The notes under the pieces are model-generated. The model was not told where the DNA came from and did not search any database. It saw only the letters and a list, made by a program, of their open reading frames with translations. The translations under genes were made by a program, and so were the position numbers. A stretch of 64,000 nucleotides of DNA from Lama glama (Eukaryota). The stretch lies in assembly GCA_028534125.1 (NCBI GenBank), contig CM052818.1, positions 41,480,001 to 41,544,000 of the forward strand, in the 5' to 3' direction. Shown piece after piece: positions 52,301 to 64,000 of the stretch (within the stretch, counting starts at the first letter, position 1; each line of letters opens with the position of its first letter).

Positions 52301-55300
52301 CAGCTGTTGCTGAATGAATGAATATGACTGGAAAACAAATGATTCTGGTGTGCTGGTGACTTCCTGTTGATGGCGGGATAAAGCAGTCCTCGTCTCGTCC
52401 CAGCGTTGGCCTGCCACAGCACCCAGGAGTGTATGCCATTGGTTTAGTACGGAATAGGATGTCTCGGTGCTAACCTACTCTGACACGGCTAAGTTCGGAT
52501 GACACACTGTATGCTCATTTATCCGCACAGAGCCGCATCTCCGATGCTCTAGTTCTGTGCAGACAGAAGGCCCATGTGCTCAGCGGAGCCATGAGTCTGA
52601 TGAAAGCAAGAAAATGTATCAATGAATAATGCAACTTGGATTACTCATTTTGAGGTCCTGGTTCCCTGGCTCATCAAAGTTCTTCATAGAGGCATCATTA
52701 TTTTTAATGTAATTACTTCTATTTGCCAAGAAAATAAATATTTAGTATAAAGTTTTGGAGAAAATACAGGAAATCAAAATACAGAAAATTAAGTGTATCC
52801 GTGGTGACCTCACCATGGACAGATGACCACTGTCATTATGTCAGCATCTAGACATCCCTTCTTGTTACACAGATGTTTGTGCCAATGTGTGTATGCACTT
52901 AACAAATTAGCACCCTGTTCTAATTGCAATTTTAAAACTTATTTAATTTGCATAATGGTCTATTATGGAAGTTTTTTCCCACCAATCAATATTTTTACTG
53001 TATTCTTTGTGAGGCTTAAACATTTTTATGCTATAGATTGGGAATAAATAGCTTTATTAATAACCCATGAATATCATCTGAATGTAGACCTAATTTATTA
53101 CCTGGCATTCCACAGGACATTCTCATTTACCGCAGCCATTCGTTAGCTTGTCATAGAGTCAGTAATTAAAAATATACTGCGTACAAGTATGTCTTAGCCC
53201 AAACCTTTAAAAAGCTGGTCCTTGCTTGTCATTTGCAGTCTTTCTGCTGAGGCCCTAAGCATTATATCATATTAGATCTAACCGTACGCAGTCTTGATGA
53301 AGTCTGTTCACACAGGTCTCACTAAGAAAGGTTTGTTCATCTCAAAGTTTGCACGTATCTAAGAAGGTTTCGGGTCTACCAGGCAGTGGTCTGATGGACC
53401 ATTTTCTTTGAGGACATAAAGGGGCTTCTTCCAGGAACCAGTCTGCCTCTAAGCCAGGAGTCACAGGCACTTGGTTTATAAATCCTTAGGGTATCAGCTA
53501 TGGAAAAAAAAACAAATATTTATCTGTGAGGCCCTGAAACAGGTACCGTTACCTGCTCTTACAGAGAACGTGTTCAGGAGTGCACGATGGAGGCGCGGGA
53601 GCTCCGGAAACCGGGCTGAGGGAGAAGCTCTGTGTAGAGGCAGGGACAGAGGGTGATGTTCGAGGTGGACCTTGAAGAAGGGGTAGGATTCTACCGCATG
53701 GGCAGAGATGAGGAAGAGTACTGCAGGCAGGTGGGGGTTGGTGGGGTGGGGGCAGGTATCATCAGAGCAAAGTCGTGGAAGCCCTGAGGGATCCGTGTCA
53801 TTTAGAGAACCGATGCTAGTCAGGGGTGCCAGGAAAGCAGGCTGGAGTGACATGGCGTTTGCAACTGATTTCCTTAAAATTGTATCAGATGGTCCACTGC
53901 AGAATTACTCCTTAACCCCCGTCCCCAGCCCAAACCTCACCCAGAATTCCAGACCCCACCTCCTAATGAACCATGTACCTCTCTTCTCCCACTAGACATG
54001 AGCTCTTCTGGGAGAGGGACCAGGTCTCCTCATCCTGAGCTTGATCCCGTCCTGCACCCATGGCAGGCGTCTCTGATTGACTACGACATTCTTTTTTGAT
54101 GAGCCTAGACCTGCCCCCAGATGATTCTCAGCCCCGTGCTTCTGGCCGCTTCCATCAATCTAAAGGGCTTTTCGGGACTTTAGGGAAAAAATGTCCACAT
54201 ACCAGAAGTATACCCAGAGAAAATCTTTATAAATGACCATTACAAAAGAGACCCTTAGTACAGTATTCTTGGATCAGTACATGAACATCTGAGCTTCAAG
54301 TGAGCGAGTGTATTCTTCTCAGAAAGATTTTTCCTTTGCAAAAATAAAAATAATAATAATTCCAGAATGTACATAATATAATGTGATCTGTATAAATTTA
54401 GTTTTCACGAATTTCCCAAATTATGAATAAATTATATCACAAGGGCACAGAAAACTAAGAAAATTTGCCTAGGTTCATGAAGATACTAAACAAGGAAGGA
54501 TGGGTGAAACCCAGGCTTCCTGTGTCTACGTGGTTCGCATTCCTAACCACTGTCCTTTACCGGCCCTCTGCTGGTCTAATGAGGGAGGCAACTTCGTCCG
54601 GGAACAAAATCCTTCAGGTTCTCTGAGAAATGCCAGCATGCTACTGGGAATACAAAGAGGTGCTGGTTACTTCTACCTGGTTAAGGTAATGAGGTCAGAA
54701 GAGGCTTCCTGGGGTTGGTGATCTTCAGCTGAGTGCTAAGAAAATTGTTAAGGGTCTGCCAGTCAAACAGCTGAAGGAGGAAGAGCATTCTGGGCAGAGG
54801 GATGGCTTAAAATGAGCAGGTTTGTAATTCATCCAGTGATTCTCAACTGAGCACAGGCTGGAGGAAGAGCTCTGCCCTTGGCTCTGGAGTCCCAGACAAG
54901 AAGATCAAAGCCCCAAGTCTTTGTCCCCAAATGCCAGGCACATACAATGTTCAATGGCAGTATAATATGAACACTGACACAGAACCTTCTAGAAGCCCAG
55001 AGAAGCAACTCACTGGCCCGAGGAAGTAGGAAGGTCTGTGGGTCATTTCTGTGTTTGATTTCCATGGGCAGAAATAATGTGATATTATTATGGACAGATA
55101 TCATGATGGACAGAATTACTAGGATATTAACGAAATGTTGTGCTTTTTCCTCCTAGATGAAAGGCTGCATCAAGGTTTTGAAGGAACAGGCCCCGGACAG
55201 TGTGGAGGGGCTACTGAACGCCCTCAGGTGAGCCTCAGCCCTGCGGGGCAGCCAACCCTTCAGATCCACTGCAAATTCAGATGCTGTTGGGATCCGAGGG

Positions 55301-57349
55301 CCAGAACACCAGGCTTAACCCCTTACATCTGTTAACACATTTAATCTTCCCAGCACGCTATTGAGGTCAGCACCGTTTTTATCATCCCCCTTTTACAGAT
55401 GGAAGAAACCAAAATTTAGAGAAGTTAACTAACTTGCCAAAAGCCTCCCAGCAGATGGCTGAGCTAGGACCTAAACCCAGGCCGGGGCGGCCCTGCAGGT
55501 CGAGGGCCTACCTCCCGGCCACGCTGCTCTGTGGTTAGAGAGGACCTGTCAGAAGCAGAAGCTCCCTGGGTCTCACTTCCCCCTGCGCCCATGGCCCCCA
55601 GACCAGCTGTACGTGAGAATTATGTGGGCGGCTTTTGAAAGCACTGATACTCAGGGCCAATCCAGAGCAAATGAATTCGAATCTCTGAGGTAGGGACTCG
55701 GGCATCCATTTCGTTCTTGCGTGTTTGTTCTGAAGGTCCCAGGGCGATTCGTATGCGCAGCTGCCAGAACCGAGAACCCTGCTCTCCACCGCCTGGATGT
55801 CCCTGTGTTTGGCCAGTGCCCCTTACAGCCCCTCGCTACCAATGAGTGATGCCCCAGCACCTGCTCTCTTCCCCAGGACACGTGCCTAATCCACCTCGGG
55901 GGCGGGGGTCTTATTTTTCAGCTGTGACCCATCTACAGGAGCTTGTTGACTCGTGCCAATCTGGATCACAGTCTGGAAAGTTTATGGTCCCTGCTGTCCT
56001 ACTCATCTTCGATTTCCCTCCGTTCTGCTCCACATTGTGCATTTAGTAAATGTTCAGTAAGTGTGAGTGGAACGGAGCACTAACCCCCCACGTGTGTGTA
56101 TTTCATTTCCCGTCATGCCGTCCCGTTTAGTTATCACAAGCCAGAGCGCTGAGATCTATTTTCCCATTCAGTGAAAAAAGAAACTGAGGCACCCATGAAA
56201 TGAATAAACTAAGCTCTGAGGTTGATCCTGTTTGTGGAGGTGCTAAGTCCTCACTCTTCAGAACAGATGTGGTTTTCATCCGAGAGCCTTCCAGATTCTG
56301 CGGGTGAACCAAGGTTTTCTCCCTTGGAGCCCATTTCACGGAAGGCTGGCTTTCCATGCTCAGTAAGAAGACTTTGGCGTCTGATTTTTTTTTTTTAAAC
56401 TTTCTAGCTTCATTCAGTCAAGCAAGGCTTCGAACGCAGGGCACTGTGATGGGCTATGAGTTCTGTCTGAGTCTTGGCCTTTTGTGTCTCTCGGGAGGCC
56501 TAGTGATGAAGGAGTAGAGCCAGACCTGAATCCAAATCAGAAATCACAAATTGTTTACAAATCATGCACCGTCATATTTGTCATCTGGAATGGGTCATTG
56601 AATGCCTCTGAATCTCAGTTTTCTCATCCGTAAAATGGAGGCAGTAACCTGTTCTGTAAAAAGTTAGTGTGAGTGAAATAAAAACTTCCACGGAGTGCCT
56701 AGGACAAGGTCAAGATTTTACGACAAGCTAATTCTCCTTTCCTTCCTTTTCACAAACTATTTTACACCAGTTCATGTGAGGATACAAATTACACTGCTTT
56801 TTCCTCATGTGGACCTGCCTTTGCGCCCCCTTGTGGTGACAGTGAGGACGAGCATCCCCATCAAAGTAGAAAACCATGAATTTTTTAAGTATTGGGTAAT
56901 GTGTTATATGCAAATCTATATTTTAACACCCGGCAGGGGTAGCCAACCTAGATCCTGCACTGAAGCCCGTGCAGTCTACTCCCCGGGACAGCGAGATTGC
57001 TTGTATCTCTCTGCATGATTATTTGATTATATAGAAGATCTACTTGTCTAATAACCACAATATAAAATTCCTTTGGAAGGAAGGATCAGATATTAAACCT
57101 GAGAGTGCTCTGGGCGCACTCTGGGCAGTGAAGTGTCGCTCTTCATCTAAAAGACCAAGGCCGAGTTTGGTTTCTAAATATCAGTTGTGTCTCCCAACGT
57201 AAAGATAGGCTGGTGAGTCATTATCGTCGAAGCTTTCACAGAGCGTGGTTTGCACACTGACCCCCATCATTTTCTCTCCATCCAGGTTCACTACAAAACA
57301 CTTGAATGATGAATCGACTTCCAAACAGATTCGAGCAATGCTGCAGTAA
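33635..57349 (+). CDS. CYRIA: CYRIA/FAM49A complete spliced CDS: join(33635..33704,45523..45644,46900..47005,48846..48982,49450..49527,49695..49811,49902..49981,51478..51604,55157..55227,57286..57349), 323 aa
   Basis: Ten exons with GT-AG boundaries and compatible phases sum to 972 nt (323 aa plus TAA). The translation matches my recollection of mammalian FAM49A (DUF1394). The N-terminus [10 protein letters not shown] has Arg10, where paralog CYRIB has Cys10. Confidence 0.97.
34781..34870. repeat. Nine-copy 10-bp G-rich minisatellite (consensus GYTGGGTTTG)
   Basis: gctgggtttg actgggtgtg gttgggtttg gttgggcttg gctgggtttg gctgggtttg gttgggtttg gctaggcctg attgggtttg. Confidence 0.92.
37310..38700 (-). 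mobile_element. Old L1 (L1M-type) ORF2 fragments
   Basis: Antisense ORF2 motifs: tgaacagaagttttaaattttgatgaagt, aatctatagctcagtttggagagaattggcat, ccatttgtttagatattcttt. Confidence 0.8.
41224..41248. repeat. (TG)n microsatellite
   Basis: Direct inspection. Confidence 0.9.
43006..43217 (-). mobile_element. 5'-truncated camelid-type L1 3' end
   Basis: Poly(T), then ttttattgatttataatcattttacaatgttgt...atttccctgtgctgcacagt. Flanked by degenerate direct repeats tctagaccgcttagc / tctaggacctcctagc. Confidence 0.85.
45523..45644 (+). CDS. CYRIA: CYRIA coding exon 2: (N)[40 protein letters not shown]
   Basis: Acceptor ctgtttag|AT, donor GAC|gtatgc, 122 nt, phase 1 to 0. Confidence 0.96.
46279..46316. 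repeat. (AC)19 microsatellite
   Basis: Direct inspection. Confidence 0.95.
46900..47005 (+). CDS. CYRIA: CYRIA coding exon 3: [35 protein letters not shown]
   Basis: Acceptor tttctgcag|GCC, donor CTAG|gtgagt, 106 nt. Confidence 0.96.
48004..48232 (+). mobile_element. MER58A-like hAT-Charlie DNA transposon, full length
   Basis: caggtgctggcaaactttttctgtgaagagccagataataaatattttaggctt...aataaaactttattt...gggccagatttggccc...gtttgcctacggctg. Terminal inverted repeats and hAT-type flank ctctagag. Confidence 0.88.
48846..48982 (+). CDS. CYRIA: CYRIA coding exon 4: (E)[45 protein letters not shown]
   Basis: Acceptor gacttgcag|AA, donor AAG|gtgagg, 137 nt. Confidence 0.96.
49450..49527 (+). CDS. CYRIA: CYRIA coding exon 5: [26 protein letters not shown] (Rac1-binding R159/R160)
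   Basis: Acceptor atttcag|ATG, donor CAT|gtgagt, 78 nt. Contains the [10 protein letters not shown] motif shared with CYFIP. Confidence 0.96.
49695..49811 (+). CDS. CYRIA: CYRIA coding exon 6: [39 protein letters not shown]
   Basis: Acceptor ttttcatcag|CTA, donor GAA|gtaagt, 117 nt. Visible in ORF 49575..49820. Confidence 0.96.
49902..49981 (+). CDS. CYRIA: CYRIA coding exon 7: [26 protein letters not shown](P)
   Basis: Acceptor cctgtttag|AAC, donor CTCC|gtaagt, 80 nt. Confidence 0.96.
50211..50293 (-). mobile_element. 83-bp L1 3' stub with a 16-bp TSD, inserted into a MIR
   Basis: Nearly identical to 20101-20176. TSD attgcatagcttgtta (50195-50210) / attgaatagcttgtta (50294-50309). Confidence 0.9.
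51478..51604 (+). CDS. CYRIA: CYRIA coding exon 8: [42 protein letters not shown]
   Basis: Acceptor ctcttgcag|G, donor GAT|gtaaga, 127 nt. Visible in ORF 51455..51754. Confidence 0.96.
55157..55227 (+). CDS. CYRIA: CYRIA coding exon 9: [23 protein letters not shown](R)
   Basis: Acceptor ttcctcctag|ATG, donor CAG|gtgagc, 71 nt. Confidence 0.96.
55340..55480 (-). mobile_element. MIR SINE
   Basis: atcatccccctttttacagatggaagaaacc...agagaagttaactaacttgcc...ctaaacccagg. Confidence 0.75.
55590..55782. mobile_element. MER5-like hAT DNA transposon fragment
   Basis: gaattcgaatctctgaggtaggg...cagggcgattcgtatgcgcagc...gagaaccctgct. Confidence 0.65.
57286..57349 (+). CDS. CYRIA: CYRIA last coding exon: [20 protein letters not shown]
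   Basis: Acceptor ctccatccag|G, TAA at 57347-57349. Confidence 0.96.
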
Positions 57350-58414
57350 AGCTTTGCTCAGAGAAGAGGATCTTTGTACTGACCTCAGAAGATGTATATG
57401 TTTACATAATTTAATACAGATTGATGTTAATACTCGTGTATTTACATAACCGTTTCCTTCTTGTCACTGAAATATATGGACCTTAATCTGTATCCTGACT
57501 GACTCAACCCAGCAGAGCATAAATTGACTGGAGAGCCTTACCTTTGATGTCGACAACAAAGTCCCCTTCTCCGAAGGCAAAATTTGGAGACGCTGATCTT
57601 TGCTACTGGATTTCTTTACACCTGTAACAATCAGAAATTCCTAATAGTTTGCGGTCGGGTTTTAATTCTAGATGTGTAACCTCACTGGGAGGTATAGCTA
57701 TAGAAAGACAAAATCTTTGATTTCCTGTGTCAGCTCAGCTACAGGAAACGCAGCTGTTATCCTGACAGGGAGAGAGAGGGATCCAAGGAAAGAAAAATGC
57801 ACATGGAGACCCCAACCCACGAGTCTGGAATTCAGCACGGCCCCCTCTCTTTCCTCAGGCCGCACAGCACACGTGCAACTTTTCCGTTTGCACATAAGTT
57901 TACTTATCAGCATCTTCTCTTTCTGCTTCGATTTCTGCCCTCTAGCGCTCCCTTTCAGCTTCTCAAGAGGAAAACCAGCTGTGTTTGAATCAGCGCGTGG
58001 GAAGGAAGCGAGACTAGATGATGTGCTGCTGTGGCTGGGCTGGCGACGGGGCTTGTCTTGGAAGTAGGGGACAGGTGGGGAGGAGGGGCACCGAGGCAGC
58101 AGGACATCATCTCTCTGCTTCACGCCTCTGTCTGCAGGGTCAGGGAGACGGAGCACTGGCTCAGATTGCGGGTGAGTTTGCTAACATTCCCGGTGTCTGT
58201 GGAGCGCTGGGCACACAGCCGCTCCTAACAGGAGCCCTGTCCTCTGCGGACCATTCGTGTGTCAGCAGAGGTCTAGGCACTTATTTAGTTACCAGAAAAC
58301 TGGGGGAATTTACAGGAGATAGTTTTGTTTTCTGGTTACCTGATACTTAAAAGGCAGCCCTTCCACGACCCAACTGCCAGCTTGTCTCAATGTATAATCT
58401 CTGGTCTGACTGCC

Positions 58415-58550
58415 CGGGTTTAGTCCTGGCCCTACTGATTCACAGAGTGATCTTGGGAAATTCACTTATGCTCTCTGTGTCTCACTTGCCTCCTCTATAA
58501 AATGGGCAAATAAAACAGATAATCTCCAATAGCCCTACAAGGCTGTGAGC
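58415..58550 (+). mobile_element. MIR-like fragment inside the putative 3'UTR
   Basis: gtgatcttgggaaattcacttatgctctctgtgtctcacttgcctcctctataaaatggg. Confidence 0.7.
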
Positions 58551-60577
58551 CAGTAAACAGACTGACTCTCACATCCTTCCTTAGTAAGCAGAATCCAGTC
58601 AGCGTCACCCCAGCTTGTTCTGATGGTTAACAATGCGACAAGGGCCATTCTGTCTGCAGAGCAGAGCTCAGAATGGCATCTTGGAGCTCTTTTAGTCTGA
58701 TCTCCAGTGGAGAAGTGAGACAGAGGATGAAGTCAAACAGGATCACCCACATGTAGGACTAGAACCCAGGATGCCTCATTCCTGACTCTGCCCTTTTTCT
58801 TTCACCACGTGGCCTATGCATACATACTATGGGATGGTACTGGACACTTTTAAATAAACCCTCAGCCTGGCCTATCTAATCACTTGCCTACTTCTGATAG
58901 AAGGAGTTGCCCAGGGGAATGATAATTACAGAAGTTGGATCTGCGTCCATCAGGGTTTGGCATCATTCACAAGGTCCCAGAGAATAAGCTGTCACATCTT
59001 TGCTTTCTGGACTTTAGTGGCCAGCTGGCATTCCCTAGGATCCTCCAAGAAAAAAGGAGACATACTTTGGTTTATTTTTAGCAAAGAAATCCAATCAAGT
59101 AGCAGAACAGATTCCCTGGTCTGTATCTAAATGTCAGTCAACAAGAAGAGGAAAGGCCCTTTTCCTTGGAGCTTTTCAAGCTGAACAAGGACAGCTGCTT
59201 GGATGAGGGCTCTCTCATCAGAACAGAAATGTGCTAGATGGCTTTCAAGACCTTTTCAAACCCAGGGATTCTAAAACCCTAGAGGAAGCCAGAGAGTGGG
59301 ATAACCCTGGGTAAACAAATTCACTAAATATTCAGCTCAAGAAACGTTCTTCTGTTTGGCAGCCACATGTTATCTTTGGGCAGCAACTGTCAAGACGAGA
59401 AATAGAGAGGCATTCACCATTCGTCATCACTGGGGCTTCTTTCCTCCTTTATCAGGAAGGAGATTAAGTCTTGGAGAGAGGAGAGGACTTGCAGAGTGAA
59501 CAGTTGAGCACATTTATAACTTTCAATTAGGCTTTCTATCAATAGGACCAAACATATGGGAGGGGCTGCCGGCCTGCCCCAATTCAGTCAGGCTACCTTG
59601 TTTCAAAGCCAGGATTCATCAGTACCTGGATTCTCAAAAGCCCAGGGCCTGAGCTGTTGCCTCTCATGAACAGGAGGACAGGTTAACTGAGTGTCTGTGA
59701 TCACTAGCGGGTGATGGGCCTTGGGTCCACTCCAGAGCTGCTGTGGGAGACAAACCCTTTTAACAGACTGTCCTCCAGGCAACGGACGTCCTTGGACAAT
59801 GACATTTCTTTGTGCTGCGTGCACATGTCCAAGGCCCGCGGGTGGTTTAGAGGAGAGCGCTAGCCACGGTATCCATGTAATGTTAACTATATTTCATATT
59901 TGATGTCTCATAGTTTTCAAATTAAAGTGTTTTCCATTACTCATATTTATTTGGGAGCAAGCGACAAGGTGAAAATTCTATTTCTCAGATGCACTGCTAG
60001 TTTGACATTATAACTTTGTTCTCAGAAACCTTTTATGTGCCACTAAGAATTAGTTGAAAAAATGGCAATGAATGTTTTGAATTACGGTGACCCATTGGGG
60101 CTGGAGTATTAATTAAAAACCAGAAGGAAAGTCACCAGATACTGTCCTTTAACTATCAGTTCAGATCATGCTTCATCAATGTTTGCTACTAGTCATCAAC
60201 ATTGTATCAAGATGTCAATGATAACTGAGGTTTTTTTAATACATCATCACATTTAAGTAACAGTAATTTCATGCTTCCTCAAAAGGCAAATGAAACCTGC
60301 TCAATCTTGGGATCTAATTGTGCTGTAGAAGTCGGAGACTGCTCATTCAATCTTGTATCCTAGACTGCTACAGATTTTTCTAGATGTTAATAATGAAGCT
60401 TGGAATTTCATCTTAAAGAAACAAAGACTTTGGAACCCAGTTTCCCCACTACATCTATAAAGGCTGTTGCATACACGAAGCTGTTTTAAAGTTGTCAGAT
60501 GTTGTTTGCTGAAGTCACTGTCATTTTTTTGCCTGCTTTGCCTCTTTTTGTACAGAAGTTTTGAGTGTGAAATGAAA

Positions 60578-60583
60578 ATTAAA
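60578..60583 (+). terminator. Candidate polyadenylation signal ATTAAA
   Basis: ATTAAA preceded by a U-rich tract and TGTA (60549-60552, CFIm motif), with a U-rich element after ~60610. An alternative ATTAAA lies at 59921. Confidence 0.55.
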
Positions 60584-63500
60584 GTTTGGTACATATATTT
60601 AAAAATACAGCTCTTTTATATGATGCTCAAGGCTAAGTGGGTAATAAGCACATGAACGTAGATATTTGCTAAACACTTGCTCTGAGGACCAGGAAATCAC
60701 AACAACTGCCTTTCACCCCTCTAAGCCTCGGTCTCTTCATACACAGCATGAAATACCCAAAATGAACTACTCTTGGTACCAGGTATATCTTACTCACTTC
60801 AGGAAAGACCCTCATTATTTTAAAAAGGCACCAAATACACAGAGACATGACTCAGATCTAGAGATACATGAGACCTCCTTGTTCAAGGATGCTAAGAAAC
60901 TCTATTAAAGGCTCTATTTTTTTTTCTCAAGTCCTTTATGGATTCGGTAAAATTAGCAAATAACCTATTCCATAAAAGCACATTTTTTCAGGCATCTGAA
61001 GCTCTAAAGCAATTATCTTAACTATTGAACATTGAAACTGTTCTAGAGCATTACTTTTAATTCCTGAACCTTTGAAGCTGATCGCCTGAGACCTAACTGT
61101 GTGTGCTCCCCACAGATCAAAGTCCCCAAGAGAGGCCGTCCATGGCGCCATATACAAGAGACAAAGGGAAATGAATAGGAATGGGAAATTTACTGTAAAT
61201 GGGCACATGGACAAATTATAAATGGACGAAAACTAGAAAGAGAGAAAGGGAAGGCGTCTTTGAAAGAGAGAGAGGAGAAGAAAGGGATCCTAATTAAATG
61301 AGTGTTGAGAGTCAAAGGACACGGGAAAAAATGAGCAAGTAGAAGTGTGAGTGTCAACAGGAACACAACTAGTGAGGAACTGAATACCCTTCCTACCAGC
61401 CAGAAATTGGGTGGTTCATCAGAGTTCTCTTGGCAGGATGGTGAAGAAGAGCTCAGCTGTCACATTCATGAAACCTGGTGAATATTTGCAATCTGATTTC
61501 ATGCATGTCAGTGAGGAGACAGCATTTCTAGGTGTTTGCTGTTTGATAGGTCTGTAGGATAAATAGTCATCACAAAGTAAGTGATTGATCAATACTATAT
61601 AACATTGATTACAATTTTTAAACTATTCATATTAAGTACATTTATCTATCAGTTGCCAAAATCCTAGTATTTACTACTGGGAACCCTCACCCCCACTGAT
61701 CATACCTACATGGTTCTTCCTACACAGTAAATAGGGAGGTCTTGGCCATTCTATCTGCTCCAACTTTAAAGTCAAACTCCAAAGAAGGGAGATTTTTCTG
61801 CCCTGGTCACGTCAAGTTCCTGGGGCTGTATTTTTACTACTCTAGCTCTTCTCTTGCCTGTTGTCTCAGATTTAGTCTAGAAAGTGTCTTTTAGGCAGAA
61901 AGTTTTTGTAAACTCACTTAAGATGGTCTTTTCTCTATGAAATCTTCCAGTCTCTTCCATCAAATTGCCCATTTCCAGATTCCTCTTTCTCTCTGTTTAC
62001 TTTCTGTTCATTTTAAGTTGTCTCTCTAAACTTTCTGTTCATTTCAAATTGTCCTTGTTTGCCCCATGACAGGCTTTTTCTCAAGTCAGGAGCTATATTT
62101 TATTAACATTTTCTAAGCCACCCAAGAGCTAGTCTTCAATGTTGTGACTTGAGGACCAGTAGTTCTACAATGCTTCTTATACCTTGAAGAAGCTTGTCTC
62201 TAGAAAATATCAAAAGTACTTGGAGGAGGCTACAAAGTCATTTTCTTCCAAATTTCAATAGATTTGAAAGGATTTTTTTTCTTCCTTTTGTGTGATATAA
62301 ATAATGCAGTCACTAGGGGAGAGGTTATATATGTGAATGCAATTGGAGAGGATGAAAGGGGAGGGGGCCCTAGGCTGAACCAGGGGAGTATTTACTGTCT
62401 CTGTAATGCATCATGGGCATTTCCACTCTTACGATGCTGCCTTTATGCACACCGTCTTCCTCACTGTCTATCTGAAGAAGTTCACCTGGGCATTAAGGGC
62501 CAGGTCATACTCCACGTCCTCCATGAAGCTTTCCATAACTAACCCACTTAATGCTAATCCTCTCTTTTTGGTTCTAATACATTTAATTTACCTGATGCTA
62601 AATATAGGCCACTGCACACTACTTTAAATTATGAGTTTGCTTTGTCCACTCGATGTTTCAGTTCCTGAGGGCAGAAAATGTGTCCTTTAGAGGGGCGAGC
62701 TTGACATAAGCCAGTGGCCAATAGAAGCTTCCTGCAAAGGGAAAACTTCAAGGTCCTGAAACCTGAGTCTGCTGAAATGAGACCCTGAGAATTCATTCCT
62801 ACAGCTCACAGCCATCCACAGCCACAAATTATCTGCTCCTCTGACTGGTCAATTTATTCCTGGAGGAAATGTTTACCTACCTGTCAGGATATTTTTAACC
62901 TCTGTGGATGTAGAGAGCTTGCAGCTTGCTGCTGATCTGCCAGGAGTCCAGCTGAGAAATCAGGCTGTTGTCTTGATCAAAAGTCAGAGTCAGCTGGTTC
63001 TGGCAAGGGCAGGCATGCTAGTTGGAGGAAATTTTGCTCGGTCTGGTACTAGGCTGCTGCTCCGTCAGAATGCTGAGTGTGAGGCAGGGACAGAAGGGCA
63101 AGAGAAGCAGCGTTTCCAATAACTAGAACAATGAGTTCAGTACCTAGGACAGCAACCCTAGGGATGCTGCCCAGGCCATCCACAGCCATGTATCCTGGAA
63201 TACCTAAGCCCTATTATTTGGTTCAGCTTTGTCTCGAGAACTCTGATTATCAAAGACAATATGTTCCTCATAAAATTAAAGTTTCTAGGTAGCTGGAAAA
63301 GCGTTTTTTTTATATTGGGACTTCTGTGTATCACATAATTTGGGCAGAAAGTAGTTTTGGAAAAGACCATGTATTATCTTGGGTTTTCAAATTCACAGTA
63401 TTTTTAGATTCAAGACAAACTCATAAAAATGAATTTTCCTTCTTCTTTAACCTACTCCTCCAGCTGATTATTAAGGCCTAAGAAATACCCTCTCTAAAGA

Positions 63501-64000
63501 GCTCTCAAAATCTATCAGATTCACCCCAGGTCATGTTGCTTTATTTACCTCAAGTTTCATCATGTCTTCCTTAGAAAATCATCACTCAGCCTTTACTTCC
63601 TCCCTCCTCTAGTCCATTCTCCATACATCCAACACCCACCTTTCTGTGACTTGTCTCTGAAATATATACTTGGAGATGTTACCTGGTGTTCTATGAAAGA
63701 AAAAATCACTTTTCAAGTACTTGTGAAACAAGGTTAAACAGATTATTTTATTTACTTACTCTTTTTCCTACTAGAATTTTTTATTCATTGTAAATCTCCA
63801 CAGGAGGGTAAAGCATATGATATGTAGCAATTCTCAAATGTATTTGTCTGCAGAACTCTTATATTTCCCAGAACATCTATGATTTCTTGTGCACGTTAGC
63901 ATTCTGCATAAACACTGTTTATACAAACCCAATAGGTTAATTTTCCCATCTCACTCCTCTTCTACCAAATTTGCATCCCATTTCCCCATGCTATAAAAAA

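Larger units (their letters stand above)
57350..60605 (+). other. CYRIA: Probable CYRIA 3'UTR (~3.2 kb)
   Basis: Follows the stop codon. AU-rich proximal and distal blocks. The end is inferred from a candidate poly(A) signal, not observed. Confidence 0.6.

Noticed and set aside
33635..57349. Assignment as CYRIB/FAM49B or as a pseudogene
   Set aside because: N-terminus [13 protein letters not shown] (no Cys10) and C-terminus KQIRAMLQ fit CYRIA. The ORF is intact with canonical introns.
1..64000. A previously undescribed multi-gene system
   Set aside because: Everything recognisable is one known conserved gene plus ordinary mammalian repeats. The remaining short ORFs lack codon bias, splice context or recognisable homology.

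Overview
Mammalian genomic DNA, most likely camelid (alpaca/llama/camel), inferred from a Vic-1-type tRNA-derived SINE and camelid-type L1 3' ends. The window holds one protein-coding gene on the + strand, CYRIA (FAM49A, CYFIP-related Rac1 interactor A). I assembled 10 GT-AG coding exons by hand (33635-57349; 70+122+106+137+78+117+80+127+71+64 = 972 nt). They give an intact 323-aa protein ([23 protein letters not shown]...KQIRAMLQ*), followed by a probable ~3.2 kb 3'UTR with ATTAAA at 60578. The first 33 kb is probably 5'UTR intron, made up of L1, L2, MIR, hAT and SINE repeats, microsatellites, CpG-rich patches and a 500-N assembly gap. Almost all ORFs in the supplied track are spurious or repeat-derived. 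I found no evidence of a new multi-gene system. The best leads are regulatory or isoform hypotheses: an intronic CCAAT/X-box/TATA cassette, a skippable Rac-binding exon with an RBFOX motif on its donor, a GC3 spike with an ETS-CRE motif at coding exon 8, a G4-type minisatellite and a twin-primed L1. Repeat family names come from recalled consensus similarity, not a database search.
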